From positions 52,886,001-52,950,000 of the forward strand of contig CM060731.1 of assembly GCA_030704615.1 (NCBI GenBank): a DNA stretch of 64,000 nt. The letters run 5' to 3'. The stretch is from Takakia lepidozioides. Lineage: Eukaryota; Plantae; Bryophyta. The translations under genes and the position numbers were made by a program. Shown here piece by piece: positions 50,801 through 63,178 of this stretch (positions are counted from its first letter, which is position 1; each line of letters begins with the position of its first letter). Below the pieces are notes generated by a model that did no database searches, was not told the DNA's origin, and saw nothing but the letters and a program-made list of their open reading frames with translations.

Positions 50801-53323
50801 TCCTGCTAGACCAATATAACATGATTAGCACATCCAATGTGGGTTACTGGCCTGCTAAATGTGTTTACACGAAGTTGCAAGAAATTAACAGCAACACTTC
50901 AACACTCTGGTACACTTGCCAAGTTGCCAAGGGCTCATATTGCCAGACCTCAATTAACAGTCAGACTACCTATGGCCCTGTACAGTATCTCAAAAGATTT
51001 AGAGAAGTACGGACTCCCTTCTCTGTAAACTTCTCTCAGCCATACTTTGAGAAATTTGCAAAGGGATTTAAGTACTTATATTCGCGCTTTTGTTGAATAA
51101 AGACTAGAAATTTGAGCCAAAAAATCCATGGCTAACACTCTCAAGCACATGGCACATACCGTGGCTCCTTCATCGCCAATGCTGTTTCCAGAGAGATTGA
51201 GCGTTTTGAGGAAAGAATTAGTCGGAAGCACCTGTGAAAGGGCTTTCAAACCAGTAGCTGTAATGCCATTGGCAGAAAAATCAACTGTTTCTGCATTCTG
51301 TTTCATGACATACAGACTTATCAGTTCATAAGGTAAATACTGAAGCACACACAATTATCTTTGGTCTCACAGAGACACTGCAACAAGATAGTGACAGAGG
51401 TCACTTGGAGCATCCATCTTCAATCAATCCTACATGTCTCACCCCAGAAGCACATTCTGTCTCTCCGGTTTTTCTATGTTTTTGTTGTTCACTTGTATCT
51501 CTTGGGCATCCCCAGTCACATAGACTTTCTTTCTTTGCAAGAAGTAGAAACAAAGCACCACTTTCCTGCATAATACTGACTTTTTAAAGATTCCCCGTCA
51601 TTAGTAGAGGGCCTTCAGCTTGAAGATTCAAAGTGCATCACAGCCTTACTGCTTGTGGCACACACTGTCTTTGGGTGATACTTGATGTATCCTGAAGTAC
51701 TTCTTGGTCAGTCCTACCTTGTCCCATGGGCCCTCATGGACCTCAGTGGACAGACACTAACACACAGACAGAGACACACGGCAATCAACATCTTATGAGT
51801 ACATTCTCTCTTACTCCTGCCATAAACCATGGGGTGCCAACCCCCACAAAGGGCTCCAGGAGGGTTAGTTTCCCACGGGGTCAACCACCATAAGGTTCAG
51901 GCAAGCCAAAGTTAGGAGGGAATGACATAAGTACATTCTCTCTCCTGCCATGCAAGTAATGGTTGGACAGCCATCAGCTGGCAATTTTCTGCGTACTACA
52001 AAGCAGTAGCCCAGCAGCCTCCCACAGACAAAATTCTTCTTTAGTTAACCACCTTAAGAACAACTCAATTCACTTCCACAATTCAGAAAACTCAATCCTG
52101 ACCTTGTTGAATGCTAATCCCTCTGCCAGGAAGACAAAACCTTCATCTCCAAAATTTCGGCCTGCATGTTGGACAATTGAATCATGAATTAGTCAAGGGC
52201 ATGGCTCTCTTGCAAAAGCTATAGCAGATGCTGCTTCGGAGAAGACCAGCTCTTTCTTTGAGGTAAGGGTTAACGGATAGCTTGAGGGTTACTTTTGCAG
52301 GAGAAGGCACCTAACACAGAAAGCTTCGCAGATGGGCATGAACCAAGTGACCAAGCAACATTACCCGACATGTCAACATCCCGAAACGTTCGTAGTTCTC
52401 GTGCAAATTCATTTAGACGGGCCATGGATTCTCGTCGGAACTTCTTCTCGTCACCAGCTGTTGACAACTCCAAACCACCTGAAACCTTTGGCAGCGTGGG
52501 CAGGCCACCCCTTTCCCTCACCCAGGTATACAACGCTGGCCATACAACAAAGTCACATCTTAGATGCTATTATACAAGGACAAGAACGTAATACGGTAGG
52601 CTGGCGTACACTCCCATCCTACACATTGCTTGCGCAGCAATCCATACAACACGAAAGCATTGGTATCTTGCTCCAATTACATTTCGGATTATCTGTTTCA
52701 AGGTTGGAAGACCTACATCCCAACAGGATAAGACTAAAGTTATATATGCAACAATGCAGCACTTGATCTTGAACCCTTTAATCTCCAACCTTCAGGTATT
52801 GCTGCAAGGACTTCCTTGTCAGCATGCAGGGAGTGAACTGACAGGGAGGCGCTTGAAATTTTAACCACACACGCAACTCGAAAGCTCCTCATTTAAGTGG
52901 CTAATTCACCAGGTGCAGATGTAACATACCAAAACCCAATCCCACCACCACTCCCGCACAAATGAACAATCCAGCGAACTCTGCATTGATAGGAGAAGCG
53001 GAAGGCTCATCTGCTTCTGTTGAGAAGTAGTACTGCTTAGCCCCAGAACTCTTATTGCCTACTGTTCGCCTAGGGCGTCGGGGAACTTCTCCGCCTTGCG
53101 CCCGTGTCCCCAAATCTGACCTCAACTGCACTCCATAAGCATGTTGTGGGCCACCTCCTCCTCCAGACAAACCTTGCCCGATTCCTACCAAAAATGTTTT
53201 ACCAACAAGACTTGAGGCTAAGAACCCTAGCTTTTGCTCCCCTGCAAAACCGCAGCCATCCCGCGATGTGAGAGAAGGCCTAGATGGTGAAGAAATGCCT
53301 GGTCGGCACAGCAATCCCGCCAT
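44802..53323 (-). CDS. RNI-like (NLRC3-like) leucine-rich-repeat protein, EMB2004/At1g10510-like, probably plastid targeted
   Basis: Many short exons with 28-aa RI-type LRRs (LKTLNLSGNSIGDEGA, ITSLDLGNNNIGPKGA, LDLRANNLGD, LNLTSNFFTKYGQ). Exon 1 has a transit-like N-terminus and a hydrophobic segment. The last exon, 44873-44802, reads VALTEAKDHVSEMNDGKEVNIYF*. Orthology is from memory. Confidence 0.85.
45189..45616 (+). mobile_element. Young 5'-truncated LINE copy in the last intron of the LRR gene
   Basis: Near-identical to ~5715-6146. 13-bp TSD TCTCTTCTCCCCT at 45176-45188 and 45617-45629. Confidence 0.92.
49992..50212 (-). mobile_element. LINE 3'-end fragment plus an adjacent ~45-bp extra 3' end
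   Basis: [13 protein letters not shown]...GVNGHKGTANYVL*, followed on the element strand by a second ATGGCCACAAGG...CTTATGAGTTCATTCTC. Confidence 0.88.
51778..51945 (+). mobile_element. Two very short or diverged LINE 3'-end relics
   Basis: acggcaatcaacatcttatgagtacattctctc and ggggtcaaccaccataaggttcaggcaagc...taagtacattctctc resemble the family 3' terminus. Confidence 0.55.
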
Positions 53324-53477
53324 CTCACGCAAGGCGCAGGCAGGCACAGGCCCTTCACGCAGCCATCCTCCGCACGTAAAGACCCGGCAGGGGTTTGGGC
53401 AGGCTCTTGACGACAGTCACCTCCGCCCAGTCCTAAACTTTCCTCTCGGAGGCGCGACGATCCAATCGTTGGGAACG

Positions 53478-54570
53478 TTAGAATAGTGGGGACAGATCCG
53501 GTACCTAGTGGGGATAGATCCCTAGTGGGGAACGATACAGCAGTGGGTAGAGTAGGGCGAACGGTAGAATAGTGGGGATAGATCCAGTAGGAGTGCCTAG
53601 TGGGGAACGAGAGGATAGTGGGGATAGAGCAATGGGTAGAGTAGTGGCGAATGATAGAATATTGGGGAATAGATCCAGCACCTAGTGGGGAACAAATGGA
53701 GTAGTGGGGATAGATACAGTGCCTAGTGGGGAATAATGGTGTAGTGGGGATAGATTCAGTGCCTAGTGGGGAGCCAGAGAATAGTGGGGATAGAGCAATG
53801 GGCGAACGATAGAATATTGGGAATAGATCCAGCACCTAGTGGGGAACAATGGAGTAGTGGGGATAGATGCCTAGTCGGGATAGAGCAATGGTAGAGTAGT
53901 GGCGAACGATAGAATAGTGGGGATAGATACATTTACTAGTGGGGAACAATGGTGTAGTGGGGATAGAGCAATGGGTAGAGTAGTGGCGAACGATAGAATA
54001 TTGGGGAATAGGTCCAGCACCTAGTGGGGAACAATGGAGTAGTGGGGATAGATAGATACAGTGCCTAGTGGGGAACAATGGGGTAGTTGAAACAATAGAA
54101 CACCTAGTGTGGAACAATAGAGTAGTGGGGATAGATATAGTGCCTGGTGGGGAGCGAGAGAATAGTGGGGATAGAGCAATGGATAGAATAGTGGCGAACG
54201 ATAGAATATTGGGGTAGTTCCAGTACCTAGTGGGGAACAATAGAGCAGTTTTACAAAGGATTTATGGGGGTAAAAATAAAAAACCTTCACCAGAAAGAGC
54301 CAATGGTTAATTTACAACGTCCAGATGTTTCCTACGTGGACTTGTTGAAATGTGACACGTGTTATACAGTAACCCTTCTAGCCCTGCCACCTCGTTATTC
54401 TCGCCACATGGACGTTGGGCAGAACTTACACTGTGACCCTTGCAGCGATTTTAGAAAAGTGAAAAAAATCACACGGTAGAGTAGTGGCGAACACTAGAAT
54501 ATTGGGGATAGATCCAGAGAGATTAGTAGGGATAGATATAGTGCATAGTGGGGAATGACATAGCAGTGGT
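53478..54570 (+). repeat. Complex G-rich minisatellite built from shuffled modules
   Basis: Dozens of TAGTGGGGATAGA, CCTAGTGGGGAAC and GAGTAGTGGCGAACGATAGAATA modules at 53478-54245, resuming at 54476-54570. Confidence 0.92.
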
Positions 54571-55789
54571 ATAGTGACGGGGGTTGGGTAGCATGTGAAC
54601 AGGCTCACGCCAGCGGGCGTGAGCACAAAGAAATATTTCGCATATTCAAGAATATTCTTGAGAATATGCTATTGTGAAACCCAAATGCACTCACGTGGTA
54701 AGAAATACGAAACTATCTGAAAACTATGCTCACGCGAAAAAATTCATGAAATTAATCGACCAAAGCTTTAACCCCTAAGCGCCCATTCGACCCATTTTCG
54801 GCCGAAATGTTTTGGTTTTTCGGCTCTGTTTTTCTTGGATTTTAACCGATTAACCTGATTTTTGGAGGGTAGGATGTCAGCCACATGGGAGTCAGGATTC
54901 CAAGCGCGATTAGGTTTTCTTTTTTGTTAGGGTTGCAATTTTTGGCTGCGCAGGAGGTGGGGTCTGCTTCTGCAGCGATTTTTGCTTGCTCCCGCGTTTT
55001 GAGCGTCGTCTCTCTCCTTCCCGCGTTTTGCCTTGTGTTGTGATCTCGTCTGTTGTGGCGTTCGCGCGTGTTCCATACTTTGTTGCAGGTTGCCGTTGCA
55101 GATGCCTTGACAAGTTGCCGTTGGTGGTCTGCTCTGATTTGCATCTTCCATTATCTCTTTTTCTTTCAGTCGAGGAAACTTGGAAATTGTGGGCAAGTGC
55201 CAGAGACTGAGCCATAGCTATGAGAGAGGATGGGCCGACATTGCATTGATACTCATTGATGTTTTGTCAAGAGCCATAGCCTTCTCTGATTATAGATACT
55301 TCTATGTTCAGTAATTGATATGGTTGATTTCTTACTGCAGAGACGTGGAGACCTTTGATGCCAAAGAGGGGGTATCCTCCTTACGACATTTTTTCTATGT
55401 AGTAGTGTTCTGTCTTTTTCTAAACACAGTGGTGTGTTTGGGGGTTGGTTTGTTGTTGGTAGCCATGAAACGTTTGTACTGAGGATCCAGCCGTAGAGAG
55501 TCGCTTGACAGTCCAAGGAGAGGTATGATTTTGTGGTTGTGCAGTATTGGGGTTCACTGAGTCCTGATCTGAATGGTTTGTTTGCTACTCCAGCTTTTTG
55601 CCTTAGTGTTCATGTAGCTCTGAGGTCTTTGCTGCAACAATTTTGTGTTTCAATTAGGACTGAGTCCATTTTCTTTGTGTCTAGTATAATTATGTGGTAG
55701 TCCCCCAGTCAAGCGGGGGTGCGCACAAGGGTGGAGACTCCTTCCCTCCCTACTGGGGAGGAGTCTCCCCCCTTGTGTTCATGTGTGAG

Positions 55790-56290
55790 TTGCAATTGGG
55801 GCAAGTTAGTGGGTTCAACTCCCACTCACACAATTCGGCGTGTAAAGGTGGGTTCATCTCTAGTTTTTCTGAGTCTGATTTGATGTTAGTGCTGGCCACA
55901 TGTTGGTCTTTCTTTGTGTGAGCTGCCAGTTGGGGCAGGCCACTGGGTTCAATTCCCACTCACACAATGGAATTATTTGTGTTCAGGTTTGTATGTTGCC
56001 TCATTGTGTTGGAATTTTGCTGGCCTTCAAGCTTGTGTGGCTGCCTCATTGTCTCTAAACTTTCGGAGTGTGCAGATTGTGTGGAACTTGGCCAAAAGCC
56101 TTCAGCATGGGCTGCCAGTTGGGGCAGCTCCATGGGTTCAAATCCCACACATGCTTGGCCACTAAGGGTGGGAGATGAAGCTGAGGTTGTTTTGCATCTC
56201 TATATTTTGGGAGCTTGGGCTTGTGTGGAATTTGGCTTCAGCATGGGCTGCCAGCTGGGGCAGCTCTGTGGGTTCAAATCCCACCCATGC
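55790..56290 (+). repeat. Four dispersed copies of a double-hairpin unit with a tRNA T-arm/B-box-like sequence
   Basis: GCTGCCAGYTGGGGCAG...TGGGTTCAANTCCCAC near 55790-55826 (first hairpin degenerate), 55921-55960, 56109-56148 and 56245-56284. Confidence 0.75.
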
Positions 56291-59200
56291 TCTCCCACTA
56301 TGGATGGGAGATGCTGTAGTTGGCTGCTGTGCTTGATTCTGGCCTTTGTCTGGTACCCCCTGACACTTTAAAAATCGTATGGTTTTCCTGTGGCATTTGT
56401 TGGAGCAGGTACAGGACAAGGGCCCCTAAATTTTTCATTCAAAATGCATGTTCATCCAACTTCATCCACATCAGTTACGATGTTAATTTTGAAAACCACG
56501 CGACCCGATTCAGGTCGCGTTGTCGTTTAAGGGTTAAAATGCAGCAGAATACTCCACACCTGATTTTTACGTACCCTGGAATGGTCGAGCGCAGCGCCTA
56601 ACGTTGTGTAAGACGTGGCGAGCCCGGTAGGGCGAGACAGGCGGTGCGCACAGCATTAGGTGCTGTTGCGAGGTCTTTCCAACACGTTAAGGGTTTTGAA
56701 TGTTTATGAGCCACGTGTCATACTATCATTGGAAAAGCAAAGCAAAACAGTGCATTATGACCGTAATCTACACTTAGGGCGCATTACGCCCGTTATGTGC
56801 AGGCTATCGTGGACAGGGGAATTTATTGAATATTATTAGTCTGTTAAATGGCGTAATACACACCCAAAATCCTTAATGTGTAGGGGAAGGCAATGAGTAT
56901 TGGGCCTTTCTAGATTTTTGGGCTGTATAGCGTGTTAAATCTGCGAACCCTTGTGCTCAACACCCTTTCAAAAACGAAAGAGACCTATGTTGAGCAGAAG
57001 GGTCCTCCGTTGAAGGGGTGTAGGTTCTGCGTCATAAGGTAAGTCAGATAACAAATGAATAATTTTAAAATTTCTTTACACCAATTAGGAAATATGTACC
57101 CAGTATCCACACCTGAGTCACTTTGCAACAACCGACATAGACTTTTGCAGTTTGTGGCTTGCTATAAAAGCAATTACATGATTCACTCCAACTTCAGAGG
57201 GCCAGGGCCAAAACTTTGGAATATGTTTGTTCTGCAGAAATATTTATTGGAAGATGACCTACTGTCATGGTTTTAGTCACGGCTTATTGGCCCTGCCCTA
57301 GGACTATGCAAAGGGTTTATCGAGAGTTGCCACTTATTCTCTGCACCAATTTTTCCATGGAATGAGGTATTTAAAGACAAGTGTAGATGTATTCCATCCA
57401 TATTTACAAATAAACGAAATCCCTATGTCCCGATGTAAAACCACAATGCAGTATTAAAGCCATGTTGCCTTAAGTTTTATCTATAAATAAATAATTAAAC
57501 AGAGGGAGTCATTCATCTGAGCTCGTCTCTTGTTTTTCTATCATTTTAAGCAAAAAACAAGATGGGAAGAGCCCTCATACTGTTATTAATGCGGGGAAAT
57601 AAACCCCATGAGGCCATAAAGCAAACACGCCAAGACCTGCGAGGGCGAAACCCATCCACAATGGATGAAAACGTCCATTAACTCACTATAGGGACCAAGA
57701 GAAGTAGCCCAGTAGCCAAAGGTCGAGACTTGGGGCCTAGGATGGTGCTCGCGGTGGGCCAATTATGTATCCCGGTTGGGGTGGATTGAGTTGGTTGGAA
57801 GCCGAGTACCATGCCCCGGTGACTTACATAAGATCGGGGGGCTTAAAGGTGTGCATCACGTCACACCCTTTACTAGCAGTGTGAAAGTTGCCATGAATAA
57901 TAGATGAGCACACCTGGACTGGCGAAGGCTCGAAGAAATGAGCAGTTATTTTGTACAAAAAATCAACATCGTTCCTAGTTGTATGGATGTGATCATTTGT
58001 TTGAAAGCAATTACTAATCAAGTTGTTAGACGACCAGAGTGTTTGGGAAGCATATCATGGGTTAAAAAAATGACACGGCCTCAGAGAAAGACGTCGATGC
58101 CCCGACAACATCCTAAGTATAGAGCAGAAAGTCATGCCCGAAGTGCTTGTGATGAAGGCCTAATAGTTGAAGCTGAGTCTTGCTGCCGAACTTAGTCTTG
58201 CTGCACGACGTCCAGTGATGTGCTTCCAGCTGAATTCTCCTTCAAAATTTTAAATGTTGTGTTGCTACACTTTCTCCCTTCTTACCTCATGCACTTAGGC
58301 AGCTAGCCGAACAGAACCACCATTTTTTATCACCTCCGGCTTTGATACAGTTCTTTGCCATGACCCCAATATCTCCTGTCCAACCCCAGGGCTCCCAGCC
58401 ATAACACTCCCATACCTGTTTCGATTCCTCTTCTTTGTCCATGATTCATCAACTTTGGAAGCAGGGGTTGTTTCTTCCGCTCTGTCTTCTCGGGGGGTGC
58501 TATTCCGTGAGCCCGGAGGCGTGAGCCTGTGAGCCCAGGAAAGCGTGAGCCCAGCACAGGCTCACGCCACGTCAGCATGCAAACAGTGCCTATTTCCGCG
58601 GATGTCACCTATTTCCGAGTGGTGTCACCTATTTCCGCGGGTTGATGTGGGTAGAATTGAGAATTCCTGAACAGTTTTTGATGAGGTGGACTTCACCGTG
58701 ATGGATTCACCAACCATTCTTCTAGCAGGAATAGTTTGGGGACCAACTAGCAAATGATGCGAGAATGCTCTACACGAACCAAAGTGGTTTGTTTGTTTTC
58801 GCAATGTACTCAAGTCTGTGAGGTCCCCAAAACACCAAATAGATTGAAGGAACAATCCAGGCAGTCCATGCAACCCCCATCTCCAACAATAGTTTGTAAC
58901 CATGAATGTGAATTCCACGCACACATTGCAAACAGGACAACAAGGACACACAACCATCCCATTTCAAATTTGGCCCAGAATTAAACCAAAAGAAAACTTC
59001 ATATCAAGTGTCGCAGTCATCACAATCAGTGTCCACCTCCTGTGCTATGTCATCTACAAAGATTCTGGCCCCAACACCACGTGTTCTACGAAGGCCGTCG
59101 TAAGGTGGACTCCGAGTGCCATGAACGGACATGCTTGCTGCGAGTGCCTCCGCATAGACAGGTAGCACGCAAGACCGAGGAGGACTGCAAACAAGTCCAA

Positions 59201-59384
59201 ATAGGTGTGATAGCCCTGGAGGGCAAGTGGAAGCACGCGGATTCCTGCACATGTCCACAAAACCCCATTTTTAACACAATGCAATGCACAAGTCCAACAA
59301 AGAGGATGTCTCCCATGTGCACTTTGCCTCAAGAACAACGATTCTCGATATTGAAACAACAATGCAAGCATGCACAGGTTGAAC

Positions 59385-62300
59385 TTACTCACAGGCAAAG
59401 TCGGAGTCCAGCTCCTTGTCAGAAGTCTCTTCTATATCAGTATCAGCGAGACGGGGCTTCGGAAGGACTTGAGAAGTGTGTCCACCCAAACCCATCAGGA
59501 GGTTCTTGTAAATCTCAGCATCCCCTTCAATCCCAAAGAGATGTCGCGCACTGGCCTTGCAAGCGTGGTAAGAAGCACCTGCAGTGGAATAGAATGAATG
59601 AAGCAGACATTGAAGACACATTCGGAACGGTGGGAAGTGTTAAAAGTGCAAGCTCAATCAAACCTCATGAAATGTGAATGTTGAAGAGACGAACCTGTGC
59701 CCATCGACAAATTCAGAACTCTGGCGTCTGTGTAGGTGCAGCACTCCACAATCGTTTGAATGAAAGCCGGGCTCCTCTCCCTCGCCCTTCTCCAAGGAAC
59801 CCCATTCCCCCTTCGCAAGCACACGTTGCTGTCGACGTAGTTGTGATGCATGTCATCCGTGGGAGGATCTGTCCTGTCATCTATGAACTTGGCCCCATGA
59901 GTGATGGCGAACTCGGTAATGCCGGCCGGAGTCGTTTGTGGATGCACTCGGACGAGACAAACAGCTTCAAACAGACGAGTCTGCGAACATGACATCCACA
60001 AGGAACTAAGAAGCAAAAAAAAATCGGGCCCCTACATATGAGTTCGAGCGACCTATACAACCCCATCCGAGAACAACCAAGAAGAGGAAGAAGAAGGCAA
60101 ACTCACCATTTCTCCCGGGCGATCCCCCTTCGTAAGGTACATGCTGTTCACACAATTCCATGTCTTCACGTCTCTCATGCCCGAGGCTTTCAAATAGCTG
60201 GAAAGTGCACGGCGACACCGAACGTCGATGGACTGGATGAGCACCAAAACACCTGCATCGGACAGGAAAAAGTTGCAAAAGGAGAAAACCCACCGCCAGT
60301 AGCGCTCATCAAAAGCATTCCAACCCGGACAAGCACCCGATGGAGGGATATCCCGGACTGCCAACCCATCAGGGATGTCCAAGATGATGAGTTCGGCTGC
60401 ATATGGCTTCTCCTTCCCGTTCACCCAGGATTTGGTCATTTTAGCCTGCAAACAAAAATACAATGGAATTCTCACAAGTTTAGAAACGATCCATGCCCAC
60501 AGCAGACAAAGACAACAGAAGCCACAGAACCCAAAGAGAACACGCACCGTGCTGAGGAACTCCACAATCATGTCCCACACTGGTGATGGCTCGCCCTTGT
60601 AATCAGATTTCTTCGACTCCATCATGGCAAGGAACCCGACGTTGGCCATCTCCAACCTGGTTGGGCGAATGGCCCTCGTGGGATGTTCCACTGCATGGTA
60701 TGGGTCCTTGGGATCAACCACCCCCTTGTTTTTTCTCCCGGATCCCCTACCATGCGGTGGAGTCTGCTGGACATGCTCCACAGGGCCAATATCTGCAACA
60801 CTTCCCTGCCCTTGTGCCACCTTCCCTCTACCCCTTCCCTTCCCCACAACACCAGCAACATCTTTTCCCTTTGCCTTTCTTCCTCTACCTGGGGTATCCT
60901 GAGCGGGAGGCTCCTTCTTTGCAAGAGTCCTCAAATTTCGTTCATGAATGTCGAGGTCGGCTGCTGCGGCAGTGGCTACAATACGGTCATTCTCTCTCCT
61001 CAAAGACACCTCTGGAGCTGGGGTCTCAGAAGGAGGGCAATCCAAATACCAACCACAAGAAGAAAGATGGTCTGGGCCCCAGTCATGCAAGATCCCAGTA
61101 GTAAACATGGTCTGGTTGCTAGCAGGGACAAGCCACAGGTCCACGAAATCTGGATGTTTGTCCAGGCAATTCTCTTCCAGGAGAACAAACTTTATGTACC
61201 TGCAGCAACAGAGACAGCCTCATTTTACAATGGAAATATTGTGTGGCAACTTTTTCATCACACCAGGAAGACCCCCTTCAACAGTATGCCACACAACACA
61301 TTGCAGCCACAGCACAAATAAGTAGTGCAAGAGTGTGCACCTGTAAAGGCATCGTTTCCAGGCTTCCTCTCCTTTTTCTTGCTGGTCCAGCTCATTTGTT
61401 CGACTGATGCCACCCTCCTTGCTGAACTCTCTAAAGAAACAAGAGTGCCACACTGTGGCTCTCCATTTCCTCATGTATGCTTCGAAGGACAGCTTCGGTG
61501 CTATCATACTGATGCCATAGTCAGCCAGCTGAGTATGCAGAACCGATCTGGCCTTTTCTTCCAACTGCAAAACAATACAAATGCAAGAATGAACCCAAAA
61601 GCAATCACAACGAATGTAAGAGGCAATAGAAAGATAAGGACAGGAAAAGAGAAAAGACAGTGACACAGGGAAGGACATCACACCTGGCTCCAGTAAGTGG
61701 CCTTGTGAAGCCAGGTGCCCAGCACATTGTCACTGACAGGAATGACACGCTGGGTCTTCTTCTCTTTCTCCGGCCTTGGGAACATGTGGGTATCCCTAAC
61801 TGTGGGATCGGAGTTCCATATCTGCAGCCACTTCACCTTTTGTTCTGGAGACACAACGGCGGTAGACAACCTGTGCAACTTCTCCTGGGCCATTTCTGGC
61901 TTGCTTGGCTTGTTATAATGGTTTTTTATCTCCAGGAGAAACTGCGGTCTGAATGATGGGTCGGCAATTCTCAACTGCTTCACGAAAGCACTCATTATAG
62001 TCCTTCTTGTAGCGGTCATCTCTTTCTGGATGTGACTCTCAACCCCCTTTGTTGTCCTTCTCTCCTCAGGGGTAAAGCTGTAGTATTCCAGTTTGCCACG
62101 CTCCCCTGCATCTGCAATGTCTTGCTGCAAGGGAATGCAAGAGAGTTGCATCAGCACAAGGTCAAGGGAAACAAACAGAAACAAACATGTGGAATATGGA
62201 AGACCAGATGAAGGAAGATGTATCTCACCGTGTACATGTACTCCATGAAAGCCTCACGGGTCAACGAGTACCACGTTTCCGATGTCTTGGAGCTTTCGCA

Positions 62301-63106
62301 CTTCTTGTACATCTCCGCTGAAAGGATGGTCTTGAAGTTGGTCAAGGGCATCTGCCCGATCCTTTGTATCCTATACAGTGTGTGAACCAAACTCGTTTTG
62401 ACATGCGATGTCTCCGTTCCTCTGCAGAATGATATCTGTAAGTCAGAATGAAATTCAAGGTCTTCAATCAAAGAAGAATGGAACCACAAGTGGAACATGT
62501 AGAATGAGAAACCAACATGTTCACATCATTCATTGCCGTCAGAAGACCCATCATGTTCCCGTCACAATCCAGCACCATCGATCGAACAGAGTAATGCCAC
62601 TCTTCCTCCTGTGAGTGCAGCCTCCCAATGACAGCCATCCATGCAAGCAAGCGGTGGTTCCCATCCCAAACGTGAAACATCTTTCCCGAGAATGCCTGGG
62701 TGGAAGGTTTCCTGGAGAGAAGAAGTTTGAAGGATTCGTTCAGCTGTCTCCAAATGGGGTCCCAGGAGTCCACGATTGACTCATCCACGAGGAGCTCATT
62801 ACCTTTGGAATCCCTAGTAGAAACGTAAAAGACTGCGGATCCATCCAAATACCCATGAACAAACTCGGCCTCCAGCTTGAGAATGTCCTTGACGAGGGGT
62901 GGACGAACGACGGGCATGGAAACCAACATACACAGGGGAATCTTCAACCTCCCACCCGGGGCAAGCATACTTTGCACCACAAGCTTAGAGTTTACCTTCT
63001 GACCCCCCAGCATCTCAGCAGCTTTGCTTTCATAGAACTCATCGTCCACATCAACAATTATCTCCTTCTCCTGACCCGAAGGGACCTCATCTGCCACACT
63101 TTGCAT
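59385..63106 (-). CDS. ParB/Srx-like domain + beta-class N6A/N4C DNA methyltransferase-like fusion protein, ~972 aa, 8 exons
   Basis: Exons 63106-62517, 62421-62229, 62124-61684, 61564-61341, 61199-60548, 60445-60107, 59980-59695, 59578-59385; all GT-AG, phases compatible, 2919 nt. Motifs: FHVWDGNHRLLAW; ELIILDIPDG (motif IV-like); ERSPAFIQTIVE...RVLNLSMGTG|ASYHAC...RHLFGIEGD (motifs X, I, II). Confidence 0.75.
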
Positions 63107-63178
63107 CTTCTCCTGCAGGGTTGTTCATTCAACTTGATATTAGAGAGGCATGAAACGTCGGCTGAGGCATGAAAAAGT

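Noticed and set aside
53227-54290. ORFs of 202, 134 and 89 aa with IYPHYS/SPLG repeats
   Set aside because: They are translations of the minisatellite, with no evidence of coding.
55790-56290. Functional tRNA genes
   Set aside because: Only T-arm-like and one other hairpin are present; no acceptor stem or D-arm could be built.
57681-57694. ACTCACTATAGGGA, matching the 3' part of the T7 promoter
   Set aside because: The upstream TAATACG is absent and there is no other vector sequence; most likely a chance match.
58625-59400. Cys/His-rich ORFs as a zinc-finger gene
   Set aside because: No consistent ligand spacing or splice model; probably the 3' region of the ParB-MTase gene.
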